From: Eledone cirrhosa
Taxonomy: Eukaryota
Reading direction: 5' to 3'
Assembly (NCBI GenBank): GCA_964016885.1
Contig: OZ024751.1
Coordinates: forward strand, 37,200,001 to 37,264,000
DNA: 64,000 nucleotides
This document shows, one piece after another, positions 1 through 14,789 of this stretch (its first letter is position 1; each line of letters begins with the position of its first letter). Made by a program: the position numbers and the translations under genes. The notes below the pieces were generated by a model. It did not search any database, was not told the origin of the DNA, and saw only the letters and a program-made list of their open reading frames with translations.

Positions 1-1395
1 CTAGGATGCGGAAGATCCGTGTCAGCATATGCGGACGATGTCACCGTAGTGGTGTCGAACGCCAAACACATCGAGGCGATCGGCACTACACTAAGAGAAT
101 ACGAAGCGGTGACAGGAGCAATGATCAACCAGGAAAAGTCAGTGGGCCTGCAGCTCGGCACCTGGAGAGGCAGGTCCATGCCGTCCAACAGCGTCGTCGG
201 GCGCTGGACGGACGGACCGGTTAAATTGCTAGGGGTCTGGTTCGGTCCGGACCTCCAGACGGACAAAAACTGGGACGAGGTGACGAGCAGGGTGGCTTCT
301 CTCACCCAGAAATGGGCGGAGAGGAAGCTATCCCTGAAAGGTCGAGCGGAGGTGGCTAACGCGTACATCGCGTCTGTCATCTGCTACCGCCTAACCGTCG
401 TACCTTGTCCTAAGCCTCGCCTGACTGCGCTGGAGCGTTTGCTCTTTCGCTTTTTGTGGAAGGGACGTGCTCCGATGGTCAGGCGGTCCATCTGTTGTCA
501 ACACCCGCTACGTGGAGGGCTGGGCATGCCGTGGCTGATGATGCGCAGGCACGCGCTCAGGCTACGACATCTCCACCTCTTCCTCGACGGTGATCAGGTG
601 TGGTCGCCGTTTGCTAGACGCGTTTTTCCCCAGCTCGTTTCCTTGACGGAGCTGCAGTCCTGGGTCAAGCGAAGACCGAGAGGGAGCGCCTGGAGACTGG
701 AATGTCTTCAGGCGCTCACAGCCCTCGACCAATCGGGCAATGTGATCGGTGGAAACTCCACCTCGGCGTTCTATAGAGGATTAGTGGAGGGGAAGAGCGA
801 CGACGTACTTGGGGAAACTCTAGGCGTCGACGAAAATCAACTAGCCAATCTCTTCGGAAGAACCTTCGGGCCAGGGCCTATGGACAACTTCCAGAAATCT
901 CTGGCCTGGCAGTGCTACCGAGGAGCCTTGCCAGTTCGGGATAAACTCTACAGGCATGGAGGTGCCGTCAGCCGGGCATGTCCGAGATGCGCGCAGGGCG
1001 ACGAAACCGTCCTGCACGCACTCGTCCAGTGTCCGAAAATTGCTGACTTGTGGGTTTATGTCGAACACCTGCTGTCGCGTTTAGGACGGATCCAGCTATC
1101 ATCTGAGTCTATCGTGAGGATTGCCCCGCCCTCCTCCTTTAGCCGGGAAGGGCAGGCAGTTTTTATCTGTCTGGTGGCCATGGCGAAAGAGATAGTATGG
1201 TGGACACGTTTGAAAGGGCTGAAGACGAGCACTTACCTCTTCGGTGATGCTCTGATTGACTTTTTCAAATTTCATTTGAAAAGGAAAATCAGAGTAGAGA
1301 AGGAAGTGCTCTCTTCCCAGCATTTTGTTGAAAGATGGGTGAGAGAAGCAAGAATGGCCCGAGTGAATGGGCCGACTCTGAGTATATATCTGTAA
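1..1395 (+). CDS. 3' part of non-LTR retrotransposon ORF2, Tx1/L1 clade (reverse transcriptase C-terminal half plus C-terminal zinc-binding zf-RVT-like domain); 5' end lies outside the window
   Basis: Frame is open from base 1 to TAA at 1393-1395. It has the RT catalytic motif AYADD, Tx1/L1-typical segments (INQEKS, VKLLGVWF, LSLKGRAEVAN, FRFLW, GGLG) and CPRC-x8-H-x4-C near the C-terminus. GC/CpG-rich compared with the flank. Confidence 0.93.
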   Translation, partial: LGCGRSVSAYADDVTVVVSNAKHIEAIGTTLREYEAVTGAMINQEKSVGLQLGTWRGRSMPSNSVVGRWTDGPVKLLGVWFGPDLQTDKNWDEVTSRVASLTQKWAERKLSLKGRAEVANAYIASVICYRLTVVPCPKPRLTALERLLFRFLWKGRAPMVRRSICCQHPLRGGLGMPWLMMRRHALRLRHLHLFLDGDQVWSPFARRVFPQLVSLTELQSWVKRRPRGSAWRLECLQALTALDQSGNVIGGNSTSAFYRGLVEGKSDDVLGETLGVDENQLANLFGRTFGPGPMDNFQKSLAWQCYRGALPVRDKLYRHGGAVSRACPRCAQGDETVLHALVQCPKIADLWVYVEHLLSRLGRIQLSSESIVRIAPPSSFSREGQAVFICLVAMAKEIVWWTRLKGLKTSTYLFGDALIDFFKFHLKRKIRVEKEVLSSQHFVERWVREARMARVNGPTLSIYL

Positions 1396-1656
1396 ACTAA
1401 AGGTGGAAAACTGGGAGAGGGCACTTGCCTTGGTGGTCAGGGTCATTGTGGCTTTTTACTGGGCTTTCTCCACAAATGTCCCTCCGAAGTCTCCCCCCTA
1501 TTGGGGAATTTTTCATTGTTATTTTCATTGTTATTTTTGTTACATCCTCTATTTTTGTTTTTTTTACACGCAGAAATGCCCATTTGTACCGTCCTGCATT
1601 GTCCTGCACTGTCCTTAATGTCTACTTTATGTAAACCCTTGTGGTTAATAAAGAAA

Positions 1657-1704
<48 letters not shown>
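1..1704 (+). mobile_element. Tx1-like LINE 3' end: ORF2, about 260-nt T-rich 3' UTR, AATAAA (1647-1652) and (TTA/ATT)n tail or target (1659-1704)
   Basis: ORF2 as above, followed by a polyadenylation signal and a trinucleotide repeat at the compositional boundary. Confidence 0.88.
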
Positions 1705-1705
<1 letters not shown>

Positions 1706-2284
1706 GGCAAGGATGACCCAATTCCCCAAAGTCAATACAACTAATCAAACCCCCGATCGATCCCGAAGATATGAAATATCCAAGCAGAAAATTTAAACAT
1801 TTGATGTATAACTCAAGTGAATTCACCTTATGAATAAATAAATCAAATAAGTAGTGATTCAGATTCTCCGCCCATAATTTATTTAGCAAACTTTGCTGTA
1901 CATATTTCTTATTCTTTGAATTTCTTACTAGTTTCAGACATTTGACTGAGGCCATGCTTGGGCACTGCCTTCATAATATTTTTTCTACAAGTCCAGTATT
2001 TATTTTATCTTAAATGTTTGGCTAAACCTCTAAATTATGGGATAAACACACACATATACACACACACATATACACACACACATATACACACACACATATA
2101 CACAAACGCATATACATACATAAATACATACACAGCTATGATTACCTAATCAAGTAGATGGCAGGAAACGATGTCTGATAATATATATATATATATATAT
2201 TTGTGTGCGTGCATATGACAGGTATACCCACATCATACTACTGAATTCAACACACAAATCATTTTTATTTATGAGATTATGATA

Positions 2285-2372
2285 GATAACACCTGCTCCA
2301 AGTCCTAAGAATTGTCACTGAACCTAGAACTATGTGGTTGGACAGAAACCTCCTTAACCACGCAGCCATGTC
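2285..2372 (-). mobile_element. tRNA-derived SINE head, family C (degenerate). Related remnants at about 13250-13350 (-), 13460-13530 (+), 30447-30560 (+), 32745-32860 (+), 44348-44540 (+), 54550-54630 (-)
   Basis: Minus strand reads TGGCTGCGTGGTTAAG...CCACATAGTTCTAGGTTCAGT (A-box- and B-box-like). Similar strings recur at the listed positions. Confidence 0.55.
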
Positions 2373-2689
2373 TAGACCTATTTTATCAAAGGAACCCCCC
2401 CCCCTCGAGACTTTCAAAATTCGTGTCATAGTATATGCCATGATTACGTAAACAAAACAATTGTCCCAATCAATATGAGATGTGTATGCACCTGATAAAG
2501 ACAACAGATTGTTTGTTCGAAATCTAGAGTTTCATTATTTTCCAGTCCACGATGAACTGGTGAAAGGATTGTTGTCGCCATTATACACACGGTTTTTTCT
2601 TGGGCCTGTCACATCGCCGATTGAAAGAGAATGAAAAAGAGAGGCGATAGTTAGAGAGGAGAAATCAATACCAGAGCTTGAGTTGTGCT

Positions 2690-2830
2690 TCGTTTATCAA
2701 CCTCAAAAGGTAATGATGAAAGGCAATGTTGTCTTGGCCGGATTTGAACTGAGAGCTCAGTAAGAGGATATGAATTGAATACCGCAAAACATTCTATCAT
2801 ACGACATAACGACTCGGCCAATTCGCCGCT
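2690..2830 (-). mobile_element. Old family-A tRNA-derived SINE remnant. Similar old remnants at about 4790-5000 (+), 6140-6270 (-), 9340-9460 (+), 11770-11930 (-), 13620-13760 (-), 30770-30860 (-), 32130-32250 (-), 34300-34430 (-), 42255-42400 (+), 48300-48440 (-), 52290-52460 (-)
   Basis: GGATTTGAACT (B-box reverse complement) next to ATGAAAGGCAA; the core CTTTCATCC...GTCGATAAAATAAGTACCAG recurs in degenerate form. Confidence 0.6.
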
Positions 2831-5800
2831 TTCAAAACGGCAGACGAATATGGCCGGCCAAGATGTGTTTTACATATATTTGGTCATGCTTCTCTGAAAG
2901 GGACATCATTTTCTCAGAGTTTGTTTTACTTTTCGATAAAGAGAAGTTAGCACGGTGATAATAATAACAAAAAAAAAAATAAAAAAAAGAAGAAAAAAAG
3001 AATAAAAAAATAAAAAAACAAAACAGAAAAACAAAACAAAAACATTATTATGAATCCATATAGTATATTGTCTGTGTTCCGGATATTTGCTACGATCTAA
3101 TGAACAAAATCTTATATTTCTCGAGGGAGATGTTAAATCTATAATATTGTTTACTACATCTATCAAGTTCAATGTAATATCATATAGTCTTTATCTACAG
3201 ACAAAAACTTTCATCAGATGTTGCTTTTCATTTTCGAAATTGATTGTGATAATTCATGCGGACATATCTTGCTATTTAACTCTTTTCATACATCATTCAA
3301 CCGGTGTATTAAACTAAAAAGTAATGTCCCATAAGAGTCGCAGCTGACCGAGTCGACACGGGAACTATTTTATAGACTGAAGTGTATAAGTTCGTATCTC
3401 GAAGGAGACACTGGCTCTGTATTGTGGTTAATAGTTCGTGGAACCTGATTCTTAATAGCATGACACGTTAGAAGTCACCGCTGTATAATTATCAAGATGT
3501 CCTAGATACTGTATAATTATACCGTTGATTTTACGTAGCTGAGTTGATATATATGTAAGGAGGAAACAACTGAAAACTATTTGAGTGTGCCGTCGTTTCC
3601 TATATCACCTAAATAAAAGTATACAACTGATCTAAAGACAATCTCAATTACGTGACTAAACACCATTGCTTTTAACATATTATTAAATGTTTAAACTATG
3701 ATATTTACGTAGTCATTAAAAAAGTGAACAACGAAATGGTAGGTAGATTTTTCTTTCACCAGTCCTGTTTAAAAATGTCAGATTATCACTGCGGCATTAC
3801 CGAAATCTTTATTTATTAAACTGTATTTTCAATGAAGCAGATAGGAAAGAAATAAACCTCCATGTAAGAGCTAATTATAACTAGGTGAAGTGAAGTTTCG
3901 TCAGTTTCCCAGAGACAGAATAATGTTCAGCATCAATCACATGATAAGAACCTACGTAAGTTCTGTTGCTTGGCAGTAACTAACTGGTTCAGTTAATTCA
4001 GATCGAAACTACTTATAAAAAAAGGTTAAATTGGAAGAAAATGTTATTGAAAACTGCACGTATAATTTCAGAAAAAAAGATTTAAATAACTATGGCAATC
4101 GTAAATTAATGGGGTCCTCTGCGCTTAATCCCGTTACCCTCCCCGATGTCTAATCTAAATAAAACACACAAAACACATTTTGTGCAAACAAGGGATTGTT
4201 CGTGGTGGTTAAAAGAAAATTCTAAAGTAAAGAAAGAATTAAAGCCTATATTTATCAATAAATTGATAAACTATTATTGTGTGCGGCAAACTGGCAGATT
4301 TTTTTTAGAATATTCAGGAGAATACTTTGTGCTTTTGTGTTCCTATCACACCGAAGTCAACTTTCCTTGTCATCCCTTTGAGGTCGAAAACAATCTATCA
4401 GCACTGTGAGAAATTCTTCCTGTAAATCTCTTTTACAATTCTTTTCTCTCCTTTTCTGGTAGGAATCGGTTGTAGACAGGATGGGCCAGGCAAAGTTTAA
4501 ACATATACTATTTCACGATAGCTCTATACGACCCCAGAAAATGCGGGTCCACATTTACATATATTACCGCTTATTCACATTTTGAAAAAAAGCTAATCTT
4601 TTTCATCTAATGCTGTACATCGGATAACCTTATTAGATACGCCAAACAATGATTGATGTGATGGGTTCCTCATATTATTATTGAAAGATATTTACTACTT
4701 CTTAGATACTGAGTTTAATGATATTTTATATGATATGAGACCTAAAATGTATACAAGATTTATGTTTTTGACGGATTCAAGCTCAGTAAATCATTTGGCT
4801 GGTCGTTCGGTAACGTTAGGTAAAATTATTTGTGGCATTAGTTCCAGCTGTTTTACTTCTGAGTTCAATCCTTACCAAAGTAATCTTTGTCTTTCTTACT
4901 TCCAGGGCTGATAACAAAGTACCAGTCAATTACTGAGATCGATATAATCGACTTTCCATTGCCCCCAAATTGTTGGCGGGCTTCAATTAGAAACCAATTA
5001 AATTGACAGTGGACACAGGCGGAGAAAAATGGAGCCCATGGTGGACTTTACCTTAAGCCTAACATTTATAAAAGGTTTATGTAAAAAACGGATCTTTACT
5101 CCGTACGGATGTTTCTCAATTACATCGACATAGAAGCAACTGGGGCTAAATCGACCCGGGAGGGATTTGAGCAAAGAACGATGAATCTAAATAATATTTC
5201 TAGATATTTACGGTGTTCTACTGCCCCTTGGTTTTCTTAAAAACTTTAAAGTAAATCATATTGCGACATGTAGCAATTCTTTTTAAGAAGTTTTCAAATT
5301 TCTTTTGTAAACCAATTAATAAATAAATTAACGAAAAGATTAATCAAAGAAGTGATTGTTTTGTTCTTGTTATAAATAAACAAATAAGTAAATTAATATA
5401 GCAGCATGTAAATATATGTCCTTCAAAATTATATTTCTAATTAACTTTCGGTTATATGAGATAGTTGTATTAATTAGCAAAATCACTTGCAATTTTCAAA
5501 TGAAAGCAAAAACAAACAGATGATAATAAGTATATAAATACATTAAATTATAATTTAAAAAATACTATTAGACATGAGTGAAATACACTCGTTTAAACAT
5601 CAAGTTGAACAAGGCTATGTAAAGAATGTTCTCCATATAAATAAATTTAAAAGGGATGCATCAATAAAAATTAATTGGCAGCTAATTAAAGGATTATTTA
5701 TAAGTAATTAACTTCAATATAGAAATAAATAATAGTTGTAAACATCCATTTTTCACAGATATCGTACGTTTTGATATATTAGCTCATTCATCTGTTAATG

Positions 5801-6329
5801 ACTTTTACAACTTTCCACTGTTTATGTTAGAGACATGACAACAAGATTTCTGTGTTCGAATCTCAAAGTAGATATTTATACAATAGTTATGTTATTTTTA
5901 TTAATACATAGATGCTAGAATCGGTTATGCTTAAAATATATGCTTGCAGCCAGAAGGTTCCTCTCAAATGCAAAGGACTGGGAAAAGTAATACTTTTTAG
6001 CAGTTCCACTATCACTCATTGATACAATAGCCAATACAGTTTAGCTCCAGTAACATTACAAGGAAACTCAGAACCCAAAGCGGGGAATTAAATACTAGAA
6101 GGCATCACGTTTAACCTGTTAAACAATTCCACCAATCTGGCATTGTGGACTAATACTTTCTTTATCGACCCCGACAAATATGAATTGGAAAGTTATTCTC
6201 AGTGACATTTGAACTCATTGAATAACAGGAAATATTCTGTTCGACATTCTAAGGATTCTAACAATTCTTCCAAAAGAATCTTTGGTTTCTAGTGTTCTGT
6301 TAAAACCAGCTGTAGTGTTATCTTCAGGG

Positions 6330-6535
6330 CACTCTTAACATAGTGTTTCGGCGTGACCACATGCACCACAAGGCTAGTTCGTTTGAATTACAGGTACACA
6401 ACTCATCTTTGCCAACTGAAAGGACAGGAGCAACATGAAATAAAGTGTTTTGCTCCAATAAATAACGCACCGCCCTGCCTGGAAATCGAAATCACGACTT
6501 TACCATCTTGAGTACAACACACTAACCACTACCCC
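6330..6535 (-). mobile_element. tRNA-derived SINE, family B (degenerate)
   Basis: Homologous by eye to 23360-23625 and 36140-36245 (TGAAATAAAGTGT-TTGCTC, ACTCAT-TTTGCCA-CTGA, CTAACCACTA head). Confidence 0.6.
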
Positions 6536-7477
6536 GTGTACCTTTAGATTTATGTATTACACAACATTTATTTGTATTTGTATATTTAAATACACAAAAA
6601 AAGCAACTCCTCAAAAACGATGTTTAATGCAGCAAATGCTCTGAAAAGTTATTTGTACAAACAATTTGTTATATATTACATTTAACTAATAAAAATGGTG
6701 AAAAATTATGGGCGCACACATTTTTTAGAATGCAGTGAGTGTAATATTAAATAATTCTTTGAATCTCAGTAAAGATTCTCTGGTAAATCTAGTCAGTTTG
6801 CAATTGCTATCATCAAATTGACACACGTTTTTTATTTTTTTTTTCATTTTATTTGTCTCTTCATCTTATATAGTGTGGATGGTACGAAGTAATTTTTTAT
6901 TTACAGGGCGGCATATATATATAAAACACAAATATGCATACATATATATTTTGCGCTGCAATGAAAAAGAAATGTGCACACTCGCCCACACAAATATACA
7001 CATCAACATATTCTATAGAGAAAAGAGAAGGCAAGAATAAAAAATAGAAACTAAGTGTTATTTTTTCAATGCCTTCTTCCAATTTTCTCTCAGCTTCATA
7101 AATAAATGTCGATCTTTTTATACCCCTTATATTTCTTTTATTTTTTCAGTAGAGTAGAGCTGAGACCATATATTCTAATGGCTTTAAAAAGAAAATGGAA
7201 GGAAGCGTTTATTTCCCTATTTTGTTATTTATATATACCTTTTTATTGCATGTATATCGTGTTTATTTATACGTTTTTGGTACCAATTTTAGCTACAGCT
7301 GGGATATGAGAGTGCACAAGAGGGATTTCTAAATAGAAGCCATTTTACGTAATATTGTGAATTGCAATTTAGATTATACAAACTACTCACTCATTTAAGT
7401 TTATATACGCCTGTGGATTCTGTTGTATGTATACGCACACAGACCCAATGCACACACACTTTACACACAAACAAACA

Positions 7478-7606
<129 letters not shown>

Positions 7607-8171
7607 GTGCTTGTGGAGACAGACAGAGCGAAAATGAGTGTGCGAGAGAACTAGACTGATAGTGGAAATAAGAGGAAATATATATTTAAATAATATAGTG
7701 TTTTTTTGAGATAAGACATTTTCCTTATATAATATTAGAATGATAATCGGAAACTATGGTTTTATGGAACCATCCTGTGTTAATGTGAGACCATGTAGAT
7801 TTCTTATAGTAAATATTGGTTTTAGATATTCTGTCTGAACGTGTTAGTGTAATCGTAAATAACATAACATATTCCGACGAAAGAGTTGACGTTGAGAGGT
7901 CTAATAACGGAAATATAGTTTACGTATTTACCTATTATAAGGTACAGGGACTATCAATAAGGAAACAGAAAACATTACTTCAAAGTTAATAAGGTATCCC
8001 ATACTTAACTATAATAACTTTATGTAGGTGATAGAATAGGAAATTTTCCCATTCTCATTTCTATCTATAAAACACAATGCATGTTTCTCTTGTCTGTTCA
8101 GAAAAGATGGATCAAAATCGAGCGAAATCAGTGCTTTAGAGTACAAAAGCAATATAATAATTATTTGTATC

Positions 8172-8370
8172 ATTGGCACAAAGCCAGCAGTTTGATGGAA
8201 GAGACAAATCAAGTATATCGACCCCAATACTTAACTGGTGCTTTATTTTATCGACCCTGGAAGATAAAGTTGGCCTCGGTGGTATTCGAACTAAGACCTT
8301 AACTGTCCGTAAGTAAATGGGACACATCATTCTACTAGATATTCCAATGATTCCGGTAAACTACTGCCCT
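8172..8370 (-). mobile_element. Family-A tRNA-derived SINE (older, near full length)
   Basis: TTGGCACAAAGCCAGCA...ATCGACCCCAATACTTAACTGGTGCTTTATTTTATCGACCC...TTCGAACT, the reverse complement of the family-A body. Confidence 0.75.
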
Positions 8371-11115
8371 ACAAACAAAACTATAATTTAAGCAAGAAAT
8401 TGAATTTTCTGGAGGTGATGTATGTTGTCCAGATTATGTATTGTATTTTTATATATTCTTATATTATACCAAAAGTGACACAATGTGCGAAAGGAGCAGA
8501 ATACGATGGTCTCCTTAACATCACAATTATTAATATGAATTCAATTGTTATAGAACATATATCTGTTCAATTTATATAAAGTATAAATTGTAAATTGTGA
8601 GCGAAGACACTATTTTTAACCCATGGTAGTCACTTCAATGGAATCGAGTTAACCGATCTCATCAGATATCTATAATATAATACCTTACCGTACTAATCAA
8701 TTTTTTTCTCCAAATTATAATTGTTTTTTGACATTCGATAAATGGGGCTGGGACAAAAATATTCTCTACCTGTCATGTAAATTACAATTGCTTGGAATCA
8801 TCCACAAGACATTTGTAAAAATATATATATATAATGTCATATTCTGGTGTCTTGAGTAATAATTTTAAAATGAATTTGCCGCATCTTACGTGCAGAAATA
8901 GTTTATTATTTACGAGTTAATTAGCGATAATTTATTACGATGCTTTCCTCTGTGGATATTTTGACTTTAATATATTTATCAAGTCATTTTGAACCAAGTA
9001 AAACGTTAAAATATTTGCATTATATGCTGTGTATAGTTGTTATATAATATTTAAAACAAAACAAAAAAGTTCGGCGTGTAATATGCTTTACTTTATATTT
9101 AAGCACTAAAAGCTTCATACAACGAAATAATTACTCATGAGAATAAGCCAATATCCTTCAAATACATAATTAGAATACTTCGTCTTTTACAGTTAACAAC
9201 GATCGCTATGGCGTTTGTTAAACTATCATACAAATCTCGATGGTTCGATGGCACAAACCGACTGAAACGAAGTATAAAACACTTAATTTCTACAATATTT
9301 ATTTTTATAAAATTCTCACGGACAAAATTATAAGCAGTTAATTGGGGAGATTCTAGAGCATCGGATCAGATGCTCTGCTGCTTTTATTCCGAATCCTTGA
9401 GTTTAAATCCAGTCAATGTCAGCATTCCCGTTCATCCTTCTCTACCCGATAAATAATATTTCTGTCATGGGAAATGGACTTGCGAAATCATTAGTTTATT
9501 AAAAATGATAAATGTTTCGTTTGTGTTCAGTTATGAGATTAATTCCGTTTATAACTTTGTAGAAAACAAAATAACTGTTCAAATAGCTAGAATTTCACAG
9601 TTTATAGTTTCTTAGTTTTAATTTCGAAGGTGGATTCAGGCTCTGGCTTTGAATACAATGCTTAACATGCAATACATCATACAGAAAAAGTGGCCTCCCC
9701 CGCTTGATATCGTATAATCGTAGGAAAAATATTGCGGTATTGATGACGACTAGCCAAGACAAAGGACACAAAATACCGGGTAGTAGTGTGTATTAAAGAC
9801 GTTGAACCGAACAAGAAACTATATTTTAATGTACGTAGTTAAATAATCTAAATTTGTCGCAATAGAGTGGAAACACACGGAGGACATTTGCGTAAGAAAA
9901 CAAAATAATTATGTTAGAACCAAAACAAGAAATCTCCACCCTAAGCACGTATGATTATTTTTCATGTGAAAGAAAAATAAACAATAAATACAATTTGTGG
10001 CTGAAATGTATGGCGTGTAAAATCCCTGAGATAACTTTATTTCAGTTTACTGATTGCGATTAACACGCACAACAAAAACAAACAGGCAAGTTGTTAGTTC
10101 TTCTCCAGTAAAGAATAAGCTCTTAATGACACGCTAACGTGTCTCCCGAATCCTTCTTTATTTCTGATTTTTATGTCTCCTTTACTTTAATCGCAAATGT
10201 CAGAGATTGCACGCATACAAGTCTATAGTTAATAAAGAATCTCGCACGAATTTTTCTTAACCAAGTTACTCTGATTCCGTCCACTTTGCAGATTAATAGT
10301 TCAAATGCTTAGATAATCTATTGGGGGTTTTATACTTACTTTTTGCAAACCTTTCTCTTGACATTCAATTTATATAAACAGCAGCTTGATGCAAATATTT
10401 GTACTGCTTAGAGAAGGGTTAATAACTACTAAGACGGAAGGAAGTTTAGCAAAACAAAACGACAAGCAAAAATGGACGTATTTCTGTTTGTATTTTGGGT
10501 TGATTTAATGTGTGTGTGTTTGTGTGTGTGTGTGCGTGCGTGTGTGTGTGTGTGTGTGTGTGCGTGCATGAAGAAATATCTATATGTAATTATAAGTACA
10601 AACACACACACACGCACACACACACATATATATATGTATGTGTGTATATATATATATATATAAAAATACATGTGTACTAATATTGACGTATGATAATTAC
10701 ATACATACACACACAGATATATATGTTTGTGTGTGTGTAAGTAATGGTGTATGTATAAGTGTGTATGTGTGCGGATGCGTGCATGCATACATATATAACG
10801 ATTTCCTTTCTCAAAACATGGGTCTGCTATCTGACCTACACATAATAACAGAAATACACACACACACGATCCAAAGAGATATTCTAAATGTAGATTGTTT
10901 TGCAGTAATTTTACTGTAATGTGAATGTTTACATTCCTATTTGATTCTGGCGACCAAGTAACAAGACGTGATTCTAGATTGGTTCTGCGAGATGGAAAGT
11001 TTGGTAAACAGTCCGTGTAACACGTTGTCTTATTTTCCCAGTAACTTTACCATCAGAACCTACGAGATATTTAATGTAGAATACCGTAGCGACCTTTGCA
11101 ACAAATTATTACAGA

Positions 11116-11171
<56 letters not shown>

Positions 11172-11230
11172 GTACGTACTTACTCATATACTCACACATA
11201 CACATACTTATGTTCTACATATATATATGC

Positions 11231-11268
<38 letters not shown>

Positions 11269-12314
11269 GAGTGTGTGTGTGTGCGTGTGACCGTGTGAGT
11301 TTGTTGGCTTATATATATGTGCATGTTGTGTATAGTTAAACAATATATCTGAAATATATTGTAATTTTCTAACGTTATGTAAACCCAATCATTGATAAGA
11401 ATTCTCTGCTGAAATGCCAATGTATAAGACAGACGTTTGTACTCAATTATTCCAAATACCCAGGAAGTTAAATTGAACAGAATAAATATTACATTTTGAC
11501 TATATGTTTCAGGATAATTTGTCTGTATTTATAGACCTTTAGACACGCAAACACTGCAGGAGCCCTACTGGTCACAATTATGTATATATGTGGACACGTA
11601 CCTCCTGATGGAGTCGTAGGGGCGCTGTTGTGATATGCGTAATTATTTGGACAATTTAAACCTCATGGGGCCCATCCCTTCTCCAGGTTGGAATACAGGC
11701 GATGCCTTTCAGAGAACGAGGGAAAATGATATGTATGAAGTGAAAAAGAGATATAGATGAAGAATCTAACACAGTACTGGTCAACTACTATGTTTCACGT
11801 CCCTGAAAGGAGGAAAGGCAAAACTTAGCTCGACAGATTTTGAACCCAAAATGTTTTGAGTGCAAGAAGGTGGAACAAATGCTGCAAAACATTCATTAGG
11901 ATCTATAGAAGTTTCTGCTAATTCGCTGCCTATCGGTAGAAACGATATGATTTAAACCCTACCACTGACACTGTAGGCTGTGCATGGTGAACCTGCATAT
12001 ATCGTGCCTGTTAATACAGAAGAGATATCACATTTTCACGATATGTATCTTACCACATTGCATCCTACCATCCTAGCTGATGATTTTATTGAGAAGTTTT
12101 GACCGTACCGTATGTCAAGTGATTCTGTGTTTCTATGTGTGTGTTTCTATGTTTGTGAATGTGTGTCGGCGTATGTCAATATGTATGTATATATAGATAC
12201 AAATATAGAATTTCGCAGTCTAGAATTCTTCCATTGTCTTCGCAAATATAATTTTATTTAGGGCTTAACAAGAGATAATTCTTTTGGTAATCACCCATTA
12301 CTTTACATCGTTGC

Positions 12315-12379
<65 letters not shown>

Positions 12380-12549
12380 AATGTGCAGCATCAGCTATTT
12401 TGGAAACTGATAACTTTTTCGATGTGGCTGCAAAACTAATTTTATTCGTGGCTTAACATCTTTTTATTTATTATATTTATTTTTTGATATTCCATTTACA
12501 TGATCTTCACCTTTTCTGTACCTCCCCTCCGCCCACATGACTCACAGAC

Positions 12550-12590
<41 letters not shown>

Positions 12591-14789
12591 CAAATATACA
12601 TATACACACGAACCTACATGGCCATCCAACCTATGCATGTATGCACAAATATAATATCTACCTGTGTTATCTAGGGCTGCGAAGTTATGCAATATCTAAA
12701 TATTATGCCTACACAGACCCCCTTCTCTCTCTCTCTGTTTCACACACATACACGCACCTATAATAAGTATATTTTTACATATACAACCTTTTTATTGTTG
12801 ATTACTCACCAAAATGGGGGGGGGGGGGGGGTACCCCTTCACAATAAATAAATAAATAAAAAATCATTTCTTTTCCACGCCACCATCAAATGTTCTTATC
12901 TTTACGATTTTTCATAATTTTTTATCTCCTCTCATAATTTTCAATAATATGATTTTACAAAGATTGCAAGATGAGATGAGAATTTTCAGAAAATGTCTGA
13001 TAGCAAGAATATTTCATAACAAAAAAAAAAAATAAAAAACTGGTAAAGAGTGTCTAATATTTTGGTTTCTGTATGGAATGGACCTCCGTCAGATTCGACA
13101 ACGAGTCTTCTAGTTTTTCGAGAAACGGAACAGCCTATTCATGAAAATAACATTTTATTCTGGTTCCACAGATACTGGGACCTACAGAAAAGCTAATGTG
13201 AGTTCTGCGTGAATCAGTATGTCACAATATTGACCATTGGAAATGCAGTTACAACCGATGGTCTTCCAAATAGTTTTCGTCTACCCAAATTCTTTCACAA
13301 GTCTTAGGTTGACTTTAATCTCAGATAATCGGGACCTCATGATTGCGTAGCATCTACGGATTGTGTATAGAGTTTTTAATGATATATAATATATGGTCGT
13401 ACTCTTTACATAATAAAAAACAACAACAACTCAATTGATGAAGAATTAATTAATTGAGTTGTTAATGAGCTCACCTCACAAACATTTGGTTCTGGGTTCA
13501 GATTCAATGCAGGACACCTTCGTTAAGCATATTCTTGTATTTAGGAATTAGCTATGAGAAAATTATTTCATATCTTAAATTTAATTTTGGAGATTATTCG
13601 TGCAATACTTTTGATAGAAAATAGTTTCTAAATTAGGAAAAACACCAACAATATCTTTGGGTGGGGGACTTGTTTATATCGACCCCAGTATTTTTGACGC
13701 TTTATTTGATCGATTCCTGAATGAAGATAGGAAAAGATGAATACCGCCAAGATAAACACTGCCCTTTTGAAACCATTATGTAGAGAGCCGTAACAAAATC
13801 ATACCAGTCCACAAAGCTAGAAATTTCCTTTCGGCGCCTTAAAATAAGATATATTTTAAAGATATAAGAAAAGACATGGAGCCACCCTTCTCCAGCAACC
13901 CATGGGTTATTATTTCATTCTCTGATTATACCCGAGTCCCTGACAATTCCCGATAACTGCTTTTCCTCCATTCACTAGTTAAAAGAAATGATTAGATAGT
14001 GATTATCGATTCAAAAGTTCAAGGAAACCATAAATATTATGGTACCATTAATAATACGGTTATTAAAATCGCATAGACAAGCTTAAAGTCTGCTCATATA
14101 TTTTAGTACACACAACACATACAACACACACCACCAATTTTAATATTAGCGATGGCTATGCATATTTTCAACTTCCATATATTATATATTTATTATGTCA
14201 GAGCTAGAAATTTAACTGTGAAATAAATTGAATTTGACAGTAAGAGTAGAGGAGATGCTGATACATCAAGTCATATGAGAGCTAATCCAAAATACTGCGA
14301 TGAATAATACAGTTTTATTCCGAGTATGTTGACACCAGGCTACGTTTATTGTGTTGCAATATGATACCATGGTTGTTCGTCAACATCAAAAGTACATGCG
14401 ACCCCAGTGAAATTTTAATTCCTGTCTAGTATCAAATATGAATATTGTAGCATTAAAGCATTTTGTTTCTCAAATATATTAGTAGCACAAATTACGTGAA
14501 ACTAATTTCAACTAAAGATTAAAACGGCGATATCATTTTGTCTTTACGAAAATCTACCTATAATATTGTGATGGGAAGAAATTGCTAAGTATTCTGATTT
14601 TTGCAATCTATGGTCGGATAAAATAAATCAAATATCTGTGCGCGCGTGCACACACACACACACGTTGAAAGTTTATGACAGCCACAAAACATATTTTTAT
14701 TCAAAATTAATTCATATGATTCTAGATTTGATAATTTTCTCGATATGCTTCTCACAGTTATCACACACACGTTATATATATATATTTAA

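Noticed and set aside
6-1955. Short ORFs overlapping the Tx1 element in other frames or on the minus strand
   Set aside because: Shadow ORFs of a GC-rich coding region and its repeat tail.
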